Origin: a virus
Taxonomy: Duplodnaviria; Caudoviricetes
Reading direction: 5' to 3' (one strand)
DNA length: 37,652 bases
IMG/VR virus record: IMGVR_UViG_3300032250_000339
Coordinates: 1 to 37,652 of that record
Part shown: positions 16,990 through 25,485 of the stretch, one piece after another
Numbering within the stretch: the stretch's first letter is position 1
Layout of the letters: the number at the start of each line of letters is the position of its first letter
Made by a program: the position numbers and the translations under genes
Notes under the pieces: generated by a model
The model's input: the letters and a program-made list of their open reading frames with translations, nothing else
Databases searched by the model: none
Told to the model about the DNA's origin: nothing

Positions 16990-19124
16990 AACGGCTGATT
17001 TTTACAATTTTATTGTTTGCAGGAATAACCGCAAAGGCGCAATGGACTCCAATATACGGAAAGCAACGCTTCATGCAGGGCCTCGCAATTCCATACACCG
17101 ACACAACCGCTTTAAAAAACATATCCGACACAGGCTGCATCGTTATGGGCCGAGACAGCGCCATCTACTACCGGTACAAAGGGCCATGGAAAAAACTAGG
17201 CGGCGGATCCGAAACCGCAACCGACACGACAAGCCTTAGCAACAGAATCGACCTCCGGGTAAAATACACCGACACCGCCTCCATGCTGAGCCCATACGCG
17301 AAGAGCAGCGCTGTGGCATTGAAGGTAAACATAGCAGACACCGCCTCCATGCTCAGCCCATACGCGAAGAGCAGCACCGTGGCATTGAAGGTAAACATAG
17401 CAGATACCGCAACGATGCTGAGCCCATACGCGAAGAGCAGCGCTGTGGCTTTAAAAGTAAATATAGCAGACACAGCGACCATGCTAAACCCATACGCGAA
17501 AAGCAGCGCGGTAGCATTAAAAGTAAACATAGCAGACACAGCGACCATGCTTAGCCCGTATGTTAGACGAACGCTGCCAGCATCACCCACACCATACCCA
17601 ATCAACACCAACGGAAACTACTTAATTATAGGATCATACAGCTCGCCATTCACCTCCGGTCGAATTGACATCGACAATACCATAGCGGCAATAGGAACGC
17701 AAACAGGCGGAGCATTTGCGGGCTTAAAATTCACACAAACCGACGGATCCGCGGTATTTTCAAACAGCGGCACAATTCGAATGGTACCACTTAGCGGAAC
17801 CGGAACCAGGATGGTGGTGGCTGGCAGCGCAGGCGAATTATCAACACAAACAATACCTAGCGGCGGGAGCGGAACCGTGACAAACGTAGCCACCGGATAC
17901 GGCCTCAGCGGCGGACCAATTACCAACACAGGCACAATCATAGTAGACAGCGCCACGCTTAGCACAAAATACCTACGAATAGTCGACACAGCAAACAAAT
18001 GGGTGAACAGCGTGAGCCAACCAAATGACAGCACAATCCGCGTTATAAAAAATGGCGCTACAAACGATTTAATAATACGATCAAGCGTCGCAGGAAGCGC
18101 GACGCGATTAATAACGCAGGTATACAACAACAGCGGCGCCACAATCGCCAAAGGAAGCGTAATATATATTAACGGCGCACATAGCAGCAATCTGCCCACA
18201 ATAGCCCTTGCAAAAGCAAATACAGAGGCGACAAGCGCATACACCTACGGACTTGTGGAAACAGACATAGCCAATAACAGCAGCGGCACGGTTATACAAA
18301 ACGGAAGTATTACAAATTTAAACCTGCCGACTTCAAACTATACCGACGGACAAACATTATATCTTAGCCCAACGGTAGCAGGTGGCTACACAACAACTAA
18401 GCCATTAGCGCCTTATCATTACGTCGCGATTGGAACGGTAACTAGAGCACATCCAAACTTCGGAACCATACAAATCGCGGTTAGAAATGGTTTTCAATTA
18501 GACGAAATGAGCGACGTATCCATTGCAATAACACCTGCAGATAGCACCCTACTGCAATTTAGCCGCGTGGACAGTTTATGGCACGATGTAAGCGTCGTAA
18601 ACGCCATCGGCACAAAATACATAAAACCAAGCGACACTTCAGTATTTCAGCGCAAAAGCATATCGGCCTACTCGATTATGGCGAATAACACCAACGCCGC
18701 AGCAAACGCAACCGCGCAAACTTTCAGAGACACCGCAGGAACATACTCCGGAACAATAACATGGATTGGAACAACAGCACCTACAACCCCGACAATAAGC
18801 TACTATCAATGGCAGCAGACAGGCAAGTGGGTGCATTTACAAATTTTTATACAATTTAGTATTGCTGGAGCAGCTATCACAGCAGCCACGCTTACAATAC
18901 CAGGTGACTGCCCAGCGCCTGATATTAGCATGTTTCAGCTAGGAAATACCGCCGTTTTATATAGCGGCATTGGAGGGCTTGGTTTAAGTAGCACAACGGT
19001 ATCATTAACAACAACATGCTACATGAGAAGAAACGCCACAAATACGGCAAATGAATTGTACGTAGCCGGATCATCAAACAATTATCGCAGGATACAATAC
19101 GACATAACCTACAGAGCACAATAA
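16986..19124 (+). CDS. Long fibre/adhesin-like protein with N-terminal Sec signal peptide
   Basis: MKR-hydrophobic-AKA|Q signal; 22-aa repeats; GTVTNVATGYGLSGGPIT fibre motif; Thr/Ser/Gly-rich; C-terminal RBP-like head. Confidence 0.7.
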   Translation: MKRLIFTILLFAGITAKAQWTPIYGKQRFMQGLAIPYTDTTALKNISDTGCIVMGRDSAIYYRYKGPWKKLGGGSETATDTTSLSNRIDLRVKYTDTASMLSPYAKSSAVALKVNIADTASMLSPYAKSSTVALKVNIADTATMLSPYAKSSAVALKVNIADTATMLNPYAKSSAVALKVNIADTATMLSPYVRRTLPASPTPYPINTNGNYLIIGSYSSPFTSGRIDIDNTIAAIGTQTGGAFAGLKFTQTDGSAVFSNSGTIRMVPLSGTGTRMVVAGSAGELSTQTIPSGGSGTVTNVATGYGLSGGPITNTGTIIVDSATLSTKYLRIVDTANKWVNSVSQPNDSTIRVIKNGATNDLIIRSSVAGSATRLITQVYNNSGATIAKGSVIYINGAHSSNLPTIALAKANTEATSAYTYGLVETDIANNSSGTVIQNGSITNLNLPTSNYTDGQTLYLSPTVAGGYTTTKPLAPYHYVAIGTVTRAHPNFGTIQIAVRNGFQLDEMSDVSIAITPADSTLLQFSRVDSLWHDVSVVNAIGTKYIKPSDTSVFQRKSISAYSIMANNTNAAANATAQTFRDTAGTYSGTITWIGTTAPTTPTISYYQWQQTGKWVHLQIFIQFSIAGAAITAATLTIPGDCPAPDISMFQLGNTAVLYSGIGGLGLSSTTVSLTTTCYMRRNATNTANELYVAGSSNNYRRIQYDITYRAQ
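17271..17561 (+). repeat. 66-bp tandem repeat, about 4.4 copies (DTASMLSPYAKSSAVALKVNIA)
   Basis: Units start at 17271, 17337, 17403, 17469 and 17535, with mostly synonymous differences. Confidence 0.95.
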
Positions 19125-19126
19125 CC

Positions 19127-19309
19127 ATGAAGCACATAAGACAAATAAACAGCGTAGGAACCAGCGCCTACACGATTGTAATTACAGCGGATTATACCGA
19201 CGAGCAACTGCCGACACACCCGGCAATTGTTGAGCACCCCGAGCTGTTCGAAATTGCCGACGACAGCGAGATACCACCATACCACCAATTTCTCGTCTAC
19301 GGTTTGTAA
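19127..19309 (+). CDS. Small acidic protein, possible fibre chaperone
   Basis: 60 aa, immediately downstream of the fibre gene. Confidence 0.55.
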   Translation: MKHIRQINSVGTSAYTIVITADYTDEQLPTHPAIVEHPELFEIADDSEIPPYHQFLVYGL

Positions 19310-19368
19310 TTCACAAAAGCCCGGATGACAAAAAGCCTTTTTATTTTTAAATAAAAATCAGGCACCCT

Positions 19369-19581
19369 ATGTCCTCTGCAGAAATTACCAACATACTAAT
19401 TTTTTTGGTACTAGGATTGATATCCTACGTAAGCAAGCGCATGATTGATAAAATGGACAGTTTCGAGAAAACGGTCCAGGACATTCTCATGTCCAACATC
19501 GCCACAAAAAAAGACATTGAGCAGCACGAAAAAATACTAGACAACCACGAAGAGCGAATAACAAAACTAGAAAAAACCTAA
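19369..19581 (+). CDS. Single-TM coiled-coil protein (holin/antiholin-like)
   Basis: N-terminal TM (ILIFLVLGLISYV); HEERITKLE coiled-coil end; first gene of the lysis cluster. Confidence 0.6.
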   Translation: MSSAEITNILIFLVLGLISYVSKRMIDKMDSFEKTVQDILMSNIATKKDIEQHEKILDNHEERITKLEKT

Positions 19582-19591
19582 ACCAAAAAAC

Positions 19592-19864
19592 ATGGAAACA
19601 GCAACAACAAAAAAATGGCTTAAAAGCAAAACCGTATGGGGCATTTTCATCGCCTTCATTGGATGGCTTGCACAAACAAAACTAGAGGTGCCCGATTTGC
19701 AACTACCGGCAAATCCTGACTTCGAGCAGCTCAAGAATTACACTCAGGCAATAAAGGACGCGCACGGAAGCATGGCCGTAATTTTTGCACAGGTGACATC
19801 ACTCATTGGATACCTGGTCGCATTATACGGCAGGATTGTAGCCAACGAGAAAATCACCCTTTGA
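19592..19864 (+). CDS. Putative holin (2 TM)
   Basis: KKWLKSKTVWG N-terminus; two hydrophobic segments; ALYGRIVA end. Confidence 0.65.
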   Translation: METATTKKWLKSKTVWGIFIAFIGWLAQTKLEVPDLQLPANPDFEQLKNYTQAIKDAHGSMAVIFAQVTSLIGYLVALYGRIVANEKITL

Positions 19865-19871
19865 AAATAAA

Positions 19872-19899
19872 AAAGCCCTAGATAGAAATCCGGGGCTTT
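19872..19899. terminator. Stem-loop between holin and spanin genes
   Basis: AAAGCCCTAGAT-AGAA-ATCCGGGGCTTT; only a short T-run follows the GC stem. Confidence 0.45.
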
Positions 19900-19947
19900 A
19901 AAAAACGCACTGCACCATGCAACCTGCATGACTTGAATCACGAAGAT

Positions 19948-20430
19948 ATGAAAACACCGGTAATTATAATTTTTTTGGCATCATTGTTGGGCTGTTATAC
20001 ACAAAAGAAAGCACAACATGATCTCATTAAAGCCCAGCTCAGCTACCCCGCCGTCGCTTCGAATTTTGCGCGTGTGTTTTACCCTTGTATTGGTATACGA
20101 GATACTATTGTTCGCAGCGATACTGCTTACCAATTTGCTGAAATAAGCTGCGATACAACACGCATCGACACGATCCGAATAACGACCAACCAAATAATAT
20201 ACAAGCAAGCGAAATCAAAAATCGTGGCCGTTCCCACGGTGACCGTTTACAAAGAACGCCTGATAAGAGACACAGCAGAATACGCCTTGTTAAATTACCG
20301 ATTGCAAGCCAGCGAAGAGGACAAACAAGAATGGATTGCAAAAGCCGACAAAAGGCTTAACCGGTCCTGGTGGTTAATTATAGCGCTTGCGGTTTCAATA
20401 ATCCTAAACCTAATACAGCTAAGAAAATGA
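19948..20430 (+). CDS. Putative unimolecular spanin (lipoprotein with C-terminal TM)
   Basis: MKTPVIIIFLASLLGC lipobox; C-terminal TM WWLIIALAVSIILNLI; in the lysis cluster. Confidence 0.65.
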   Translation: MKTPVIIIFLASLLGCYTQKKAQHDLIKAQLSYPAVASNFARVFYPCIGIRDTIVRSDTAYQFAEISCDTTRIDTIRITTNQIIYKQAKSKIVAVPTVTVYKERLIRDTAEYALLNYRLQASEEDKQEWIAKADKRLNRSWWLIIALAVSIILNLIQLRK

Positions 20431-21362
20431 AAACATGGCTAACAGCCATGGCGCTTTTATTGGCCTTAAAGAACAGCGGACAATGCCTCGACGTATACAA
20501 CCAATCAACGCCATGCCCTACCGATAACGACAGCCTCACCGTTTACAACAACGCGGTGAGCGTTTACGATTTCTACGAGAACAACAAGCTGTACAAATTA
20601 ACGCGAACGACGGAAGTGAAAACAAAGGACCAGCAGCGCGACGTTTTCGATAATTTAATCCAGGCAAGGCACATGTTCCACCTTATCCGCAAAGGGCTGA
20701 AAGCAACGCCTGCAGATAACAAATTTGCAGCAGGAAACCCAAGCGCAAAATACAAGGACATTGACTACAGCCAATACTACCAGGAGATAGACGATTATAA
20801 ATTCTACCAGCGCGAGATAGAGAATCAAATCGTAAACGCGGAGGCGCCCATCTCAATGTACGACACGCGCATCTGCCCGATCGTAATCAACGAATACAAA
20901 TGCCTGGACTCGACAAGCGCCTACTACAACGACCTCGTAAATTTGCCGTTATACATCCCCGTTACCGTCAAGCCATACATGCTCCTAACCAGCACGGAGC
21001 TGCAGCTTAGGAACAGCATCCTGAAAACAGCACCGATAGCCCAGGCGATACCAAAACAGAAAACGGAACCGATGCCCGCGAAAATTAAAGAGGTGCCGGT
21101 GCGCACAATGCTGAAGAGAGAAATCGAAATTACAAACCGCAACGCGCAATACACAGGCGTGCCGATTTACGCTTTGAACGGATACGGAGCAGGAGCGCTG
21201 CTCGGTTTTTTAGCAGGTCGAAATTTTACAAAAATAAATCCGAATGATTACGCCACCTTTGCAGTGCCGGCATTTGCGCAGGAGATCCTGAAAAACGATG
21301 ATTTATTAAAAGCGCTCCTAAAGCAGAAATTCGGAAATTACATACAAACAATAACGCCATGA
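20427..21362 (+). CDS. Hypothetical exported protein (311 aa)
   Basis: MKTWLTAMALLLALKNSG|QC signal-like N-terminus; ATGA overlaps at both ends. Confidence 0.7.
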   Translation: MKTWLTAMALLLALKNSGQCLDVYNQSTPCPTDNDSLTVYNNAVSVYDFYENNKLYKLTRTTEVKTKDQQRDVFDNLIQARHMFHLIRKGLKATPADNKFAAGNPSAKYKDIDYSQYYQEIDDYKFYQREIENQIVNAEAPISMYDTRICPIVINEYKCLDSTSAYYNDLVNLPLYIPVTVKPYMLLTSTELQLRNSILKTAPIAQAIPKQKTEPMPAKIKEVPVRTMLKREIEITNRNAQYTGVPIYALNGYGAGALLGFLAGRNFTKINPNDYATFAVPAFAQEILKNDDLLKALLKQKFGNYIQTITP

Positions 21363-21826
21363 TGACATTCTCCAACAAAGGCCTCGCCTTTTTAAAGAAA
21401 GCGGAGCACTGCGTCCTGACAGCATACAAGGATCCGTTGTCAAAGACAGGGCTCCCGATAACAATCGGATACGGCTCGACCATGTACACCAACGGAACCA
21501 GGATAAAGCTAGGCGACCGGATAACCCTGGCGCAAGCCGAAGAGCTCCTGGCTTGGGAGGTAAGCAAAAAGAGCATGGTATTAAATTTAATCGGGCTTAA
21601 ATTAACACAGGCGCAATTTGATGCCGTCGTCCTGCTGACATACAACATAGGCGTCGGAGCTTTCAAAGACAGCACTCTGCGCAAAATGATAAAGAAAAAC
21701 CCCACGGATCCTGCAATTGAGGCGGAGTGGCTAAAATGGCATTTTGCAGGCGGGATCCCTTCCAGGGGCCTGCAGAACCGACGCAGAGCGGAATACAAAA
21801 TATACAACGAATCGATTTACTCATAG
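21359..21826 (+). CDS. Endolysin, GH24 phage lysozyme
   Basis: E16-x8-D25...T35IGYG catalytic pattern; QFDAVV..TYNIG; GLQNRRRAE. Confidence 0.93.
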   Translation: MMTFSNKGLAFLKKAEHCVLTAYKDPLSKTGLPITIGYGSTMYTNGTRIKLGDRITLAQAEELLAWEVSKKSMVLNLIGLKLTQAQFDAVVLLTYNIGVGAFKDSTLRKMIKKNPTDPAIEAEWLKWHFAGGIPSRGLQNRRRAEYKIYNESIYS

Positions 21827-21850
21827 ATTGTGCGGATTTAGTTTTTGTTC

Positions 21851-21878
21851 GCCTGGCGTTTCCACGCCGGGCTTTTTT
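21851..21878 (+). terminator. Rho-independent terminator ending the structural/lysis operon
   Basis: GCCTGGCGT-TTCC-ACGCCGGGC followed by T6. Confidence 0.85.
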
Positions 21879-21938
21879 GCACCTTTTTTGCACCCTAAAA
21901 ACAGCACCAAAAAAAACACAAAAAAAGTGCTGTAAATA

Positions 21939-21970
21939 TTTGGTAGTATGAAAATAAAGCCCCACCTTAG
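21939..21970 (+). promoter_or_regulatory. Candidate early promoter (Bacteroidota -33/-7 type)
   Basis: TTTG(21939-21942)-N20-CACCTTAG (6/8 match to TAnnTTTG), upstream of the early gene cluster. Confidence 0.45.
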
Positions 21971-21990
21971 CATAACAAAACAAAAACAAA

Positions 21991-22290
21991 ATGAAAAAAC
22001 AAACCGCAACAACCGAAAGCAACAAAGCCCTTACACAAACATTGATAAAATACGAAGCGCTAAAATTAAGACCAAACAGCATCTGCGCATGGGACATACA
22101 AAACGGATGCACAAGATGGGACATTGAAGAGCAGCTAAAAATGTGGATGCAAACTAAGGACGTAACAGAGCAGGACATCGCCTACATCAGAGAAGCGGCG
22201 GTTAAACTTTACAACGAGCGCTGCATGAACAGAAACGACATGAAAGGTTACCAATTACCCTTTGAAACTTTAAAAGAGATCTACGCTTAA
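21991..22290 (+). CDS. Hypothetical early protein
   Basis: AAACAAAAAC leader; first gene after the candidate promoter. Confidence 0.7.
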   Translation: MKKQTATTESNKALTQTLIKYEALKLRPNSICAWDIQNGCTRWDIEEQLKMWMQTKDVTEQDIAYIREAAVKLYNERCMNRNDMKGYQLPFETLKEIYA

Positions 22291-22325
22291 AAATAACACC
22301 AAAAACAAAACAAAAACAACGCACC

Positions 22326-22652
22326 ATGACACAACCAACACAAACCTCGACGCTTTCATTCACAGCACACAACGGGAGAATTACAAACATTGATTACATT
22401 GCCTACGGCTGGTACGAAGTGACGGTCAGCTTAGACGGCACAGAGATTGAGCGCCTAAACGACGAGCTGCAAACAGAGACACACACCCCAGCAAACAGAG
22501 AGGTGAAATACCAAACAGCACGCGGATGGCTTATAGAGATGATCAAAGACGCAGACAACGAAATAAAAGAGCTTGGAACGCAACGTTTGATAAACCGCGC
22601 CTTTATAGAAGGCGAAATAGCAACAACAAAAAACTTTCAATACATCTACTAA
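22326..22652 (+). CDS. Hypothetical early protein
   Basis: A-rich leader; codon usage like neighbouring genes. Confidence 0.7.
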   Translation: MTQPTQTSTLSFTAHNGRITNIDYIAYGWYEVTVSLDGTEIERLNDELQTETHTPANREVKYQTARGWLIEMIKDADNEIKELGTQRLINRAFIEGEIATTKNFQYIY

Positions 22653-22662
22653 AAACAACGCC

Positions 22663-22746
22663 ATGAGCCAAAAAACAAAAGACACAATCACAGTCACCGT
22701 AATCATCCTGGTGACATTATTTATCGAAAATTTTATAAAATTCTAA
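22663..22746 (+). CDS. 27-aa hydrophobic peptide (MSQKTKDTITVTVIILVTLFIENFIKF)
   Basis: Fills the gap exactly; A-rich leader; one TM-like segment; below the ORF-track cutoff. Confidence 0.45.
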   Translation: MSQKTKDTITVTVIILVTLFIENFIKF

Positions 22747-22748
22747 AC

Positions 22749-22925
22749 ATGAAAAAAACAATCGGCCGAAAGCCACTCCCAGTAGGCGAGAAAAAACAAC
22801 GCGTTATTATCTACCTGAAGCCCGCCGAAATAAAAAAGCTCGGCGGCGAGGACGCAACAAAGCAACTATTACATGACACCGTAAATTTAAAAGTTTATGC
22901 TAAAAAAAATAATGCTGTATGTTAG
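22749..22925 (+). CDS. 58-aa basic putative DNA-binding protein (MKKTIGRKPLPVGEKKQRVIIYLKPAEIKKLGGED...)
   Basis: GRKPLP basic arm, a strand and LGG helix-turn pattern seen in small phage regulators; not in the ORF track. Confidence 0.6.
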   Translation: MKKTIGRKPLPVGEKKQRVIIYLKPAEIKKLGGEDATKQLLHDTVNLKVYAKKNNAVC

Positions 22926-23052
22926 CCGCCTCATTTTCAGCCCGGATCTTAAAGCGCAAAAAACCCATGAACAGCGCCTCATGGACTTTTATAGTGGCAA
23001 GGGTAAGAACCAGCCACACATCAAGGATTACAAAACAACACACCCTAACTAA
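22897..23052 (+). CDS. Hypothetical 51-aa protein (MLKKIMLYVSRLIF...)
   Basis: Open frame filling the gap between flanking genes. Confidence 0.35.
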   Translation: MLKKIMLYVSRLIFSPDLKAQKTHEQRLMDFYSGKGKNQPHIKDYKTTHPN

Positions 23053-23063
23053 AATGACCGACG

Positions 23064-23294
23064 ATGAATACGAAGCAGCTATCGCCCACCTTAGACAGGA
23101 TCGAAGCGCTGAAGAGAATAAGCCAACTGCCTAAAATCGGCCTATACGGCGAAGTCATAGCGACCTGGTTCGATTACCGATTATACGACGTACTCGAGAT
23201 GATCCAGGACCAAACGCAGACCTGCCCACGCGAAATGAAGCGGTTTCTAGGCGACGACTTCGAATACTTTTCAAAATTAAATTTTAAACAATAA
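23064..23294 (+). CDS. Hypothetical protein
   Basis: 76-aa ORF ending just before the A-rich leader of the next gene. Confidence 0.6.
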   Translation: MNTKQLSPTLDRIEALKRISQLPKIGLYGEVIATWFDYRLYDVLEMIQDQTQTCPREMKRFLGDDFEYFSKLNFKQ

Positions 23295-23306
23295 AACAAA
23301 AACAAC

Positions 23307-23681
23307 ATGGAAATCAAAATCACGCACAGCCTGTCACCGGAAACAGCGCAGCTTTTAACAGACCTTATCAACGTCCTGCGCCCAGCGCACGCCAACCCGG
23401 ACAACAAAGTACCAGCAGCGGCACCCCAGGCGCCGAAAAATTACCTTCCCTTCACAGAGCCGGACATTGTACCCTCCAAGCCGCCAAAAGCCTCAGAAGC
23501 GCCCCAAACACCTGCAGAAGGCGTCGACATTGCAACGATCCGCTCCCTTGTAAAGGACAAAGCCGACGCAGGCCTAAAGAGCGAAATTAAGGAGCTACTA
23601 ACTGAGCACGGAGCCGCCAACGTTTCACAGCTTAAGCCTTCCGCTTACACCGCATTTTTTCAACAATTACAAACCCTTTAA
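23307..23681 (+). CDS. Conserved phage protein preceding DUF2800 in APSE-like replication modules
   Basis: Pro/Ala linker and IKELLTEHGAANVSQLKPSAY C-terminal motif; synteny. Confidence 0.7.
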   Translation: MEIKITHSLSPETAQLLTDLINVLRPAHANPDNKVPAAAPQAPKNYLPFTEPDIVPSKPPKASEAPQTPAEGVDIATIRSLVKDKADAGLKSEIKELLTEHGAANVSQLKPSAYTAFFQQLQTL

Positions 23682-23683
23682 AA

Positions 23684-24841
23684 ATGGCACACGCACTATT
23701 ATCACCCAGCTCAGCCAGCAGATGGCTCAGCTGCACCGCCGCCCCAAAACTAGAGGCGCGGTACCCTGACAAAACAAGCGACGCAGCAGAAGAGGGTACG
23801 GTCGCGCATTCGCTCGCAGAGCTGATATGCCGCAGGAACCTGAAGCTCATCAGCAACGCGAAGTACCGGTCCGAATTTGCCAAAATTGAGACAAACAAAT
23901 ACTACACAAAGGACATGCACAAATACTGCGACGACTACGCAGGCCTTGTCATGGAGCGATACACCGACGCCCTCCGCAGGACCGAGGACGCAGTAATAAA
24001 GCTGGAGCACCGCCTCGACCTTTCGGCCTTTGTGCCCGAGGGCTTCGGCACCGGAGACTGCATCATTATTGCCGACGAATGGATCGAGGTTATCGACTTA
24101 AAATACGGCAAAGGCGTCGAAGTTGATGCCTACGAGAACAAACAGATGATGCTGTACGGACTCGCAGCCTTTGAGGAATTCAGCGTTTTATACGACATCA
24201 CGAAGGTGCGCATGACCATACACCAACCGCGAATGAACAACTACAGCAGCTACGAGATAGACGCCATCGAGCTGCTCAAATGGGGATGGGAGACGGTACG
24301 CTTCAAAGCCCAGGAGGCATACGAAGGCAGAGGATCCTACCAACCAGGTGATCATTGTAAATTCTGCAAAGCGAAGGCAAGCTGCCGCGCACTAGCGGAC
24401 CAAAACATGCAGGTGTTACGCCACGACTTCGCAGAGGCGCAAACCTTAACCCCGGACGAAATAAGCCACGTAATCGAACAAATGGACGCCATACGATCAT
24501 GGCTGACAGCCGTCGAAGAGTACGCCCTAGCCCAGGCAATAGACGGCAAAGAATGGCCCGGTTACAAGCTCGTCGAAGGCAGGTCAAACAGGACCATCAC
24601 TGACGCAGATAAAGCAGCGGAGATCCTGCTGCAAAATGGCCTGACAGCAGAGCAGGTGTGGACTAAGAAATTAAACACCATAACCGCCCTAGAAAAAGAA
24701 ATGGGCAAGGCTGCATTTAATACCGCGCTGAGCGCTTATATTGCGAAGCCTCCAGGCAAACCAACCCTGGTACCAATATCAGATAAAAGACCGGCACTAG
24801 GTACAGCACAATCAGCAGTAAACGATTTTTCAAACCAATAA
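23684..24841 (+). CDS. DUF2800 family Cas4-like PD-(D/E)XK exonuclease
   Basis: HALLSPSSASRWLSC; GFGTGDC...VIDLKYGKG; CKFCKAKASC; PGYKLVEGRSNR. Confidence 0.9.
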   Translation: MAHALLSPSSASRWLSCTAAPKLEARYPDKTSDAAEEGTVAHSLAELICRRNLKLISNAKYRSEFAKIETNKYYTKDMHKYCDDYAGLVMERYTDALRRTEDAVIKLEHRLDLSAFVPEGFGTGDCIIIADEWIEVIDLKYGKGVEVDAYENKQMMLYGLAAFEEFSVLYDITKVRMTIHQPRMNNYSSYEIDAIELLKWGWETVRFKAQEAYEGRGSYQPGDHCKFCKAKASCRALADQNMQVLRHDFAEAQTLTPDEISHVIEQMDAIRSWLTAVEEYALAQAIDGKEWPGYKLVEGRSNRTITDADKAAEILLQNGLTAEQVWTKKLNTITALEKEMGKAAFNTALSAYIAKPPGKPTLVPISDKRPALGTAQSAVNDFSNQ

Positions 24842-24852
24842 ACAAAAACAAA

Positions 24853-25425
24853 ATGGCACAACAAAACGACAAGCCGCAAACAAAAGTAATCACCGGGAAG
24901 GTGAGATTTAGCTACCTACACGTATGGCAACCCGAAGCCATCGGAGACAGCGACGAGAAAAAATACAGCGTTTCGCTGATTATTTCAAAGGACGACAAAG
25001 AGACGATTAAGCGAGTAGAGGCCGCAATTAAAGCCGCGGTCGCTGCAGGCAAGGACTCGAAATTCGGTGGCAAGGTACCAGCCAACATCAAAATGCCGCT
25101 GCGCGATGGCGACATAGACAGGGCAGAGGACGAGGCCTACAAAGACGCCTACTTCCTGAACGCCACCTGCCGCACGAAGCCAGGAGTGGTCGACAAGAAC
25201 CTGAACCCGATCATCGACCAGGACGAGTTATACAGCGGCTGCTTTGGACGCGCCTCGGTTACCTTTTACGCCTTCAACACCAACGGCAACAAAGGAATCG
25301 CCTGCGGATTGAACAACGTACAAAAGCTAAGCGACGGCGAACCATTAGGGGGCCGATCAACAGCAGAGTCTGACTTCGGCGACGGCTTCAAAGCCACCGC
25401 GGACGACGATGACGATTTGTTTTAA
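24853..25425 (+). CDS. DUF2815 family single-stranded DNA-binding protein (T7 gp2.5-like)
   Basis: VRFSYLHV, PLRDGD, YSGCFGR, GIACGLNNVQKLSDGEPLGG; acidic DDDDDLF tail. Confidence 0.9.
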   Translation: MAQQNDKPQTKVITGKVRFSYLHVWQPEAIGDSDEKKYSVSLIISKDDKETIKRVEAAIKAAVAAGKDSKFGGKVPANIKMPLRDGDIDRAEDEAYKDAYFLNATCRTKPGVVDKNLNPIIDQDELYSGCFGRASVTFYAFNTNGNKGIACGLNNVQKLSDGEPLGGRSTAESDFGDGFKATADDDDDLF

Positions 25426-25435
25426 CTTCACGCGA

Positions 25436-25463
25436 GCCGGGGCGCCTTACCCCGGCATTTTTT
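25436..25463 (+). terminator. Rho-independent terminator/attenuator between SSB and polymerase
   Basis: GCCGGGG-CGCCTTA-CCCCGGC followed by ATTTTTT. Confidence 0.7.
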
Positions 25464-25485
25464 CAAACAAAAAACACACTCCAAC

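Noticed and set aside
17271-17561. CRISPR array or DGR template/variable repeats
   Set aside because: Repeats are contiguous, in frame and spacer-less with mostly synonymous variation; no reverse transcriptase or cas1 in the genome
19311-19348. Terminator after the fibre chaperone gene
   Set aside because: T-rich, but the stem (AAAAGC...GCCTTTT) is weak and imperfect
23684-24841. CRISPR-associated Cas4
   Set aside because: Motifs and synteny fit the stand-alone DUF2800 replication/recombination nuclease; no array or other cas genes
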